IMG/VR virus record: IMGVR_UViG_3300026189_000007
Span: 1 to 52,072 of that record
DNA from: a virus
Lineage: Duplodnaviria; Caudoviricetes
DNA length: 52,072 nucleotides
Strand: one strand, 5' to 3'
Below are positions 48,594 through 52,072 of this stretch, one piece after another. The translations under genes and the position numbers were made by a program. The notes below the pieces were generated by a model that ran no database searches, was not told the origin of the DNA, and saw only the letters and a program-made list of their open reading frames with translations. Numbering within the stretch: the first letter of the stretch is position 1; every line of letters starts with the position of its first letter.

Positions 48594-48684
48594 GTCTGTA
48601 GTCAATTTCAGTTGCTATGGCCATTCCTACTGTGTACAATGAATAACAGCCTCCAATCAAAATGAAAAGTTCAATTCCTGTCAT
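48538..48684 (-). CDS. small hypothetical protein with N-terminal hydrophobic segment (48 aa)
   Basis: Manual translation MTGIELFILIGGCYSLYTVGMAIATEIDYRRANKTTGPKPSIIVKKPL; AAGGAG RBS. Confidence 0.55.
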   Translation of the reverse strand: MTGIELFILIGGCYSLYTVGMAIATEIDYRRANKTTGPKPSIIVKKPL

Positions 48685-48686
48685 GT

Positions 48687-48764
48687 TTAATTCTCCTTTA
48701 GGTGACGTTTTAGTTTTTCTGCTTTGAGCAGTGCTTCGTAGACTTTCGGGTCAAGTGGTTTCAT
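48687..48764 (-). CDS. very small ORF (25 aa)
   Basis: MKPLDPKVYEALLKAEKLKRHLKEN; AGGAG RBS and ATGA overlap with the upstream stop. Confidence 0.45.
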   Translation of the reverse strand: MKPLDPKVYEALLKAEKLKRHLKEN

Positions 48765-49018
48765 TTGATCTCCTGGATTAGTTCGGTCATTTCGGTTAGG
48801 TCTGCTTCCTGCCAGATTGCTCCATCAGGTGTTTTTCCTTCGCCATTCTCAGGAAGAACCCAAAGTAAAAACTCACCGAATGTTTCTACCTCTTTGGCAA
48901 TCCCGTAAAAACCCATGTCATTATTAATCCATAATGCACAGTTCCAAGTTGTCCAATTTGACCATCCGTTATATTTGCCTGTGCCTATGTCTGAAAGATT
49001 GAATGTTGTTTGTACCAT
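48761..49018 (-). CDS. conserved phage early hypothetical protein (YNGW.N..TW...LW..ND family)
   Basis: YNGWSNWTTWNCALWINND and TPDG..W motifs; AGGAG RBS. Confidence 0.75.
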   Translation of the reverse strand: MVQTTFNLSDIGTGKYNGWSNWTTWNCALWINNDMGFYGIAKEVETFGEFLLWVLPENGEGKTPDGAIWQEADLTEMTELIQEIK

Positions 49019-49046
49019 GTGTGGAACTCCTTTTGTTTATACTATT

Positions 49047-49103
49047 ATTATAACGGATAAAACCGCAGCGTAGTGATCAAGTAGACAGTTTTTTAACTGG
49101 CAC
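49047..49103 (-). promoter_or_regulatory. early promoter cassette copy B
   Basis: GTGCCAGT-N6-ACTGTCTA box (49082-49103), 29 nt, then TATAAT. Confidence 0.7.
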
Positions 49104-49329
49104 ACTTCCACTTGATTTTGCCTTCTGAGTTTGCTATATCAAAACAGACTTCACAAAGACAATCAGCCAACGGGAAAGAATCCCGCCAGCTGTAATCCTC
49201 TTCTATGGGTGCGTCCCAGTAGTAATAGAGGTCGGGCTGGTGTGCGTCTCTGTCTATGTCTTGATATGTTTCTAACATATCATCATAGTGCGAATCGTCA
49301 AAATTTCCGCAAACGTCACAGCATGCCAT
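49093..49329 (-). CDS. small Cys-rich acidic protein (two CxxC motifs, possible zinc binding)
   Basis: CCDVC and CLCEVC; TAATG coupling. Confidence 0.65.
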   Translation of the reverse strand: MACCDVCGNFDDSHYDDMLETYQDIDRDAHQPDLYYYWDAPIEEDYSWRDSFPLADCLCEVCFDIANSEGKIKWKCAS

Positions 49330-49478
49330 TATCCCATCTCCAGGAATTTGTTCATTGCCATTTCCCCTGCGATTTTCTCAGCATCTGCAAAGAATGGGGA
49401 ATCCTCTTTGATTCCGATTTCTGCGAGTGCCTCTTCAAAGAGGGTTTCTAAAATTGAGTCGTTTACTGGGTGAGACAT
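49329..49478 (-). CDS. small acidic hypothetical protein (49 aa)
   Basis: Start reassigned to ATG at 49478 (MSHPVNDSILETLFEE...), GGAGG RBS and TAATG coupling. Confidence 0.65.
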   Translation of the reverse strand: MSHPVNDSILETLFEEALAEIGIKEDSPFFADAEKIAGEMAMNKFLEMG

Positions 49479-49720
49479 TATGCGTACCTCCCTGCAGGGT
49501 GTGGGTTTGATGGTGTGCAACCGAATGAAGCAAAAAATGCGTTCACTTGGTTTAGATCTAAGTCAGGATCGTCAAAATCAACTCCCCCTGCGTGGTCTAC
49601 TCCCCACTCTGCAACCTCATCAATGAAAGTTGCGAAGTCTTCGCAAAGGTAAGCAATGTCGAAAAATGACTCTTTCTCTTTGATTCTGTTTATTAATCTT
49701 TCTGTTTTTGTTTGGATCAT
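49478..49720 (-). CDS. hypothetical early protein
   Basis: 80-aa ORF, AGGAG RBS, early promoter upstream. Confidence 0.7.
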   Translation of the reverse strand: MIQTKTERLINRIKEKESFFDIAYLCEDFATFIDEVAEWGVDHAGGVDFDDPDLDLNQVNAFFASFGCTPSNPHPAGRYA

Positions 49721-49748
49721 GAATGAAACTCCTTTTGTGTATATGTTT

Positions 49749-49806
49749 ATTATAAGGGATAGAATCCCCTGATGGGGATTCAGTGTGCCAGTTTAATCTT
49801 TGTCTG
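49749..49806 (-). promoter_or_regulatory. early promoter cassette copy C with hairpin
   Basis: ACTGGCAC half-site (distal half degenerate), perfect hairpin GAATCCCC-N4-GGGGATTC (49762-49781), TATAAT. Confidence 0.7.
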
Positions 49807-49969
49807 TGTACTCACCTTCGACAACTCTGTTACCATTAAGAGCATACCAGACTAACTGAGCATGACCGAATTGCTGTGCCATATCATAGCAAAGGTCGAA
49901 TCCGAAATCATTTGTGACTTCTTCTTTGATTGATGTATTTGGAACTTCTACGAATTTTTGAATGAACAT
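49793..49969 (-). CDS. hypothetical early protein (58 aa, not in the ORF track)
   Basis: Manual translation MFIQKFVEVPNTSIKEEVTNDFGFDLCYDMAQQFGHAQLVWYALNGNRVVEGEYTDKD, downstream of promoter copy D. Confidence 0.65.
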   Translation of the reverse strand: MFIQKFVEVPNTSIKEEVTNDFGFDLCYDMAQQFGHAQLVWYALNGNRVVEGEYTDKD

Positions 49970-50001
49970 AATTTTTAAATTTGTTTTGAACTTATATTAG
50001 T

Positions 50002-50061
50002 ATTATACACACAAAAGGGGTCACTTTGCAACCACTTGTGTGCCACTAATCCAACTGGGCT
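50002..50061 (-). promoter_or_regulatory. early promoter cassette copy D
   Basis: AGCCCAGT-N6-AGTGGCAC box, then TTGCAA-N18-TATAAT. Confidence 0.72.
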
Positions 50062-50067
50062 CTGGGC

Positions 50068-50352
50068 CTAATATTCTGCGATCTCTTTCATGTAGGCCCA
50101 CACCTCTGCGAATGTTAGATAGCCAATTACATCTGACCAGATGCCACTTTCCTCATAATGTAAATTATCTCCTTTTAAGAGGGCCATTTCATACAGTCCA
50201 TCTGGGCCACCATATGATCCTTCATGGCATGCTACACTGGCTCCGTATCCATTTTCAAAATAATATCTTACAACTTTGTTTGGCTTGCGGATCACTCTTT
50301 CTGTGTACATAATTTCAGAAGTTAGTTCTTTAAGGTCGTTTGGGTCGTACAT
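50068..50352 (-). CDS. conserved phage hypothetical protein (F.NGYGASV...SYG...GLYE.A family)
   Basis: FENGYGASV, GSYGG..GLYEMA, DVIGYLT motifs; early promoter upstream. Confidence 0.75.
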   Translation of the reverse strand: MYDPNDLKELTSEIMYTERVIRKPNKVVRYYFENGYGASVACHEGSYGGPDGLYEMALLKGDNLHYEESGIWSDVIGYLTFAEVWAYMKEIAEY

Positions 50353-50383
50353 AGTTTTAAAACTCTGTTTGTTTGTTATTCTT

Positions 50384-50442
50384 ATTATAAGGGATAATGG
50401 GCCCTAGGGAAAGGGCCCATGTGCCACTAATAGTACTGGCTG
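50384..50442 (-). promoter_or_regulatory. early promoter cassette copy E with hairpin
   Basis: CAGCCAGT-N6-AGTGGCAC box, perfect hairpin ATGGGCCCT-N6-AGGGCCCAT (50397-50420), TATAAT. Confidence 0.72.
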
Positions 50443-50837
50443 AATATGTGTCCGTCGTACTCTGTATAATCATATGATAAATTTTCCCAGCTCTTTTCCC
50501 AGTCGATTTCGATCCAGCTGGCCATCGGGTTCATCACTTCGCCACAGTCTGAGGCCATTTGCTCTGCAAATTCTGCACCTGATCTATAATGGCCCATGTA
50601 CGCATCACGGCAGCTGCTCACGTCATGAATTGAAAACTCCTCAATAAATGCTTCAACAACATCTGAGCCCATGTCTTCAATCTGATGCAAATATTCCGTA
50701 TATTCAAATTGAAAAGCCTTTTCTCCGTGCTCTTCTATAAACTCTTGCATATCTTCTCTTTCATAGCCCTCATCTTCAATATACTCTTTTATTAATTCTT
50801 CTGTAGTCTCTGAGTAGGTGAAAGTTGGAATAGGCAT
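50427..50837 (-). CDS. ArdA-like antirestriction (DNA-mimic) protein
   Basis: AY.G.Y.S.AEFAE......G........IDWE..W..L..DY...DG.IF matches the ArdA C-terminal pattern; ~35 D/E vs ~6 K/R in 136 aa. Confidence 0.68.
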   Translation of the reverse strand: MPIPTFTYSETTEELIKEYIEDEGYEREDMQEFIEEHGEKAFQFEYTEYLHQIEDMGSDVVEAFIEEFSIHDVSSCRDAYMGHYRSGAEFAEQMASDCGEVMNPMASWIEIDWEKSWENLSYDYTEYDGHIFSQYY

Positions 50838-50864
50838 TAAGCTCTCCTTTAGGTTTACATGGCC

Positions 50865-50922
50865 ATTATAACGTCAATGACTAAAAACGACAGTCTTCAG
50901 TGGACGGTTTGTAATCTGGCCC
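50865..50922 (-). promoter_or_regulatory. early promoter cassette copy F
   Basis: GGGCCAGA-N6-ACCGTCCA box (50901-50922), 30 nt, TATAAT, then an AAGGAG RBS of the ArdA-like gene. Confidence 0.62.
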
Positions 50923-51159
50923 AAATTCCTTGATATCGGCCAGGGCTTCCTCTATAGTATCGCTGAACATTTCATCAAAGTAAGATTCCAACTCATCCAT
51001 AGCCTCATTATAGGTTAATGAGTCTATCCACTCTTGCTCGCTGTTATGTACATAACGAACTAAGTCTTTTGTCATCATACCCTCTACGATTCTGTCAACG
51101 TAGAGCTCCTTAAGATACTTAAATTCTACATCATTTAATTTGCGTCGCATTTGGCCCAC
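50881..51159 (-). CDS. acidic hypothetical early protein
   Basis: 92-aa ORF (LK..YVDRIV.GM..KDL..YV); the start could be a downstream ATG. Confidence 0.68.
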   Translation of the reverse strand: MGQMRRKLNDVEFKYLKELYVDRIVEGMMTKDLVRYVHNSEQEWIDSLTYNEAMDELESYFDEMFSDTIEEALADIKEFGPDYKPSTEDCRF

Positions 51160-52067
51160 CTCTGGTTGTTAAAGTTTGCGTGGCTAAACCACTCTCTGTC
51201 GATTAGTTTGTATGATCCTATTTTATTATGAATTACGTAGCCCTCAGCATCAACAAGCTCTGGATTTCCTCCCTCATCTATCAAATACGCATCAGGCCCC
51301 CACCTATGACGACACTGGCCCAGAGCTATCATTTTTAAGTTTTTAACGCTAATCCATAACGAAATTAAAAACTCATTCTCGAAATCTTCGGGGTGAATGT
51401 GAATTCCATATCTGATATGGCTATTTAATTCTTTCTTCAATTCTTTGGCCTCTTTTGCAGTTACGAATGTAACCATCTGGGCCATCTGTCTAACGAATTT
51501 CAAATAGTTTTTAAAATCAAATTTAGAGCCATATTTGTTATATCTGTTTATGCAAGTACCTGCGTCAGGCTTAATGAATAAACAGTCAGAATTGCAGTCA
51601 AGATTGTAACTAAGGGGCTTGGCTTTTGCATCTTTTAGAGTTGTTGTTGTGGTGTACTGTGTATGTGGGGCTATTATTATTTTCTCATCTACCACTAAAT
51701 CGAAATCATAAACAATCGTATTTGGCTTGTATTGTTCTTTACCACCGAAGCCAATAAAATCTCCTTGATAAATGTTATCAGTATCAGGGAGCCAACGTAA
51801 ACACGCAAGTAAAATATCTTGTACTGGGTGGCCCTCGTAATGAGTCATTACATCAGCAGGGCTTTCACAAATCTTGATTTTAACTTTGTTAAATACGGAT
51901 TTCGTGCCTACGAACTGACGGCCTGTGGCTGGGTTCTTTCCCCATACAATAGCGGGAGCTCCGTCATACTTGACGGATATTTCCTGCTCTTGCTCTAACG
52001 CATCTAATACGGATAGATCCCCTGTTAAAATTGTGTCCTCTGGGTGTTCTAAATGAGTGTTTTTCAT
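51135..52067 (-). CDS. ligase-fold covalent nucleotidyltransferase-like protein (DUF6267-like)
   Basis: KNTHLEH.ED N-terminus; motif I SVKYDGAPA, motif III QGD, motif IV EGYVI, motif V YKL.DR..FS.ANF. Confidence 0.7.
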   Translation of the reverse strand: MKNTHLEHPEDTILTGDLSVLDALEQEQEISVKYDGAPAIVWGKNPATGRQFVGTKSVFNKVKIKICESPADVMTHYEGHPVQDILLACLRWLPDTDNIYQGDFIGFGGKEQYKPNTIVYDFDLVVDEKIIIAPHTQYTTTTTLKDAKAKPLSYNLDCNSDCLFIKPDAGTCINRYNKYGSKFDFKNYLKFVRQMAQMVTFVTAKEAKELKKELNSHIRYGIHIHPEDFENEFLISLWISVKNLKMIALGQCRHRWGPDAYLIDEGGNPELVDAEGYVIHNKIGSYKLIDREWFSHANFNNQRWAKCDAN

Positions 52068-52072
52068 TAATA

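Noticed and set aside
787-50312. Numerous plus-strand ORFs of 60-171 aa in the ORF track (e.g. 5939-6241, 37359-37787, 44452-44844, 45106-45621, 48224-48601)
   Set aside because: All are antisense shadows of well-supported minus-strand genes, with no RBS, promoter or recognisable motifs
48537-50922. Recurring GTGCCA(G/C)T repeats as a possible CRISPR array or attC-type cassette array
   Set aside because: Spacing is irregular (250-700 bp), copies are degenerate and tied to TATAAT boxes, and there is no cas gene or integrase in the window
1-52072. tRNA, rRNA or riboswitch genes; alternative genetic code
   Set aside because: Intergenic gaps are short and show no cloverleaf or T-loop signature; very long ORFs translate cleanly with the standard code

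Overview
A 52 kb segment of an AT-rich T4-like myovirus, most similar in gene content and style to marine cyanophages (Kyanoviridae-type; Prochlorococcus/Synechococcus host inferred). Essentially all real genes lie on the minus strand. In transcription order (right to left) it has three parts. (1) An early region (~47.75-52.07 kb) of short ORFs driven by six copies of a composite promoter element; it includes a ligase-fold nucleotidyltransferase, an ArdA-like antirestriction protein and an orphan PD-(D/E)xK restriction-endonuclease-like gene. (2) A non-coding junction element and a GT-A glycosyltransferase-like gene. (3) The virion module: gp25, gp6, a giant 5297-aa gp7, gp8, a 2457-aa VrlC-like protein, gp13-gp23, then peptide deformylase, gp3, uvsY, two 2OG-Fe(II) oxygenases and the 5' end of uvsW. 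The most notable unexplained signals are an apparently complete purge of GGWCC (also CCGG and GCGC), with Gly-Pro recoded as GGC/GGG-CCN, next to an unaccompanied phage endonuclease gene; strong GGCC enrichment in the early region; palindrome-plus-hairpin early promoter cassettes overlapping gene ends; and Russian-doll nested repeat domains in gp7. All motif counts were made by eye and need computational confirmation. Homology calls are from recognised motifs and synteny, not database searches.
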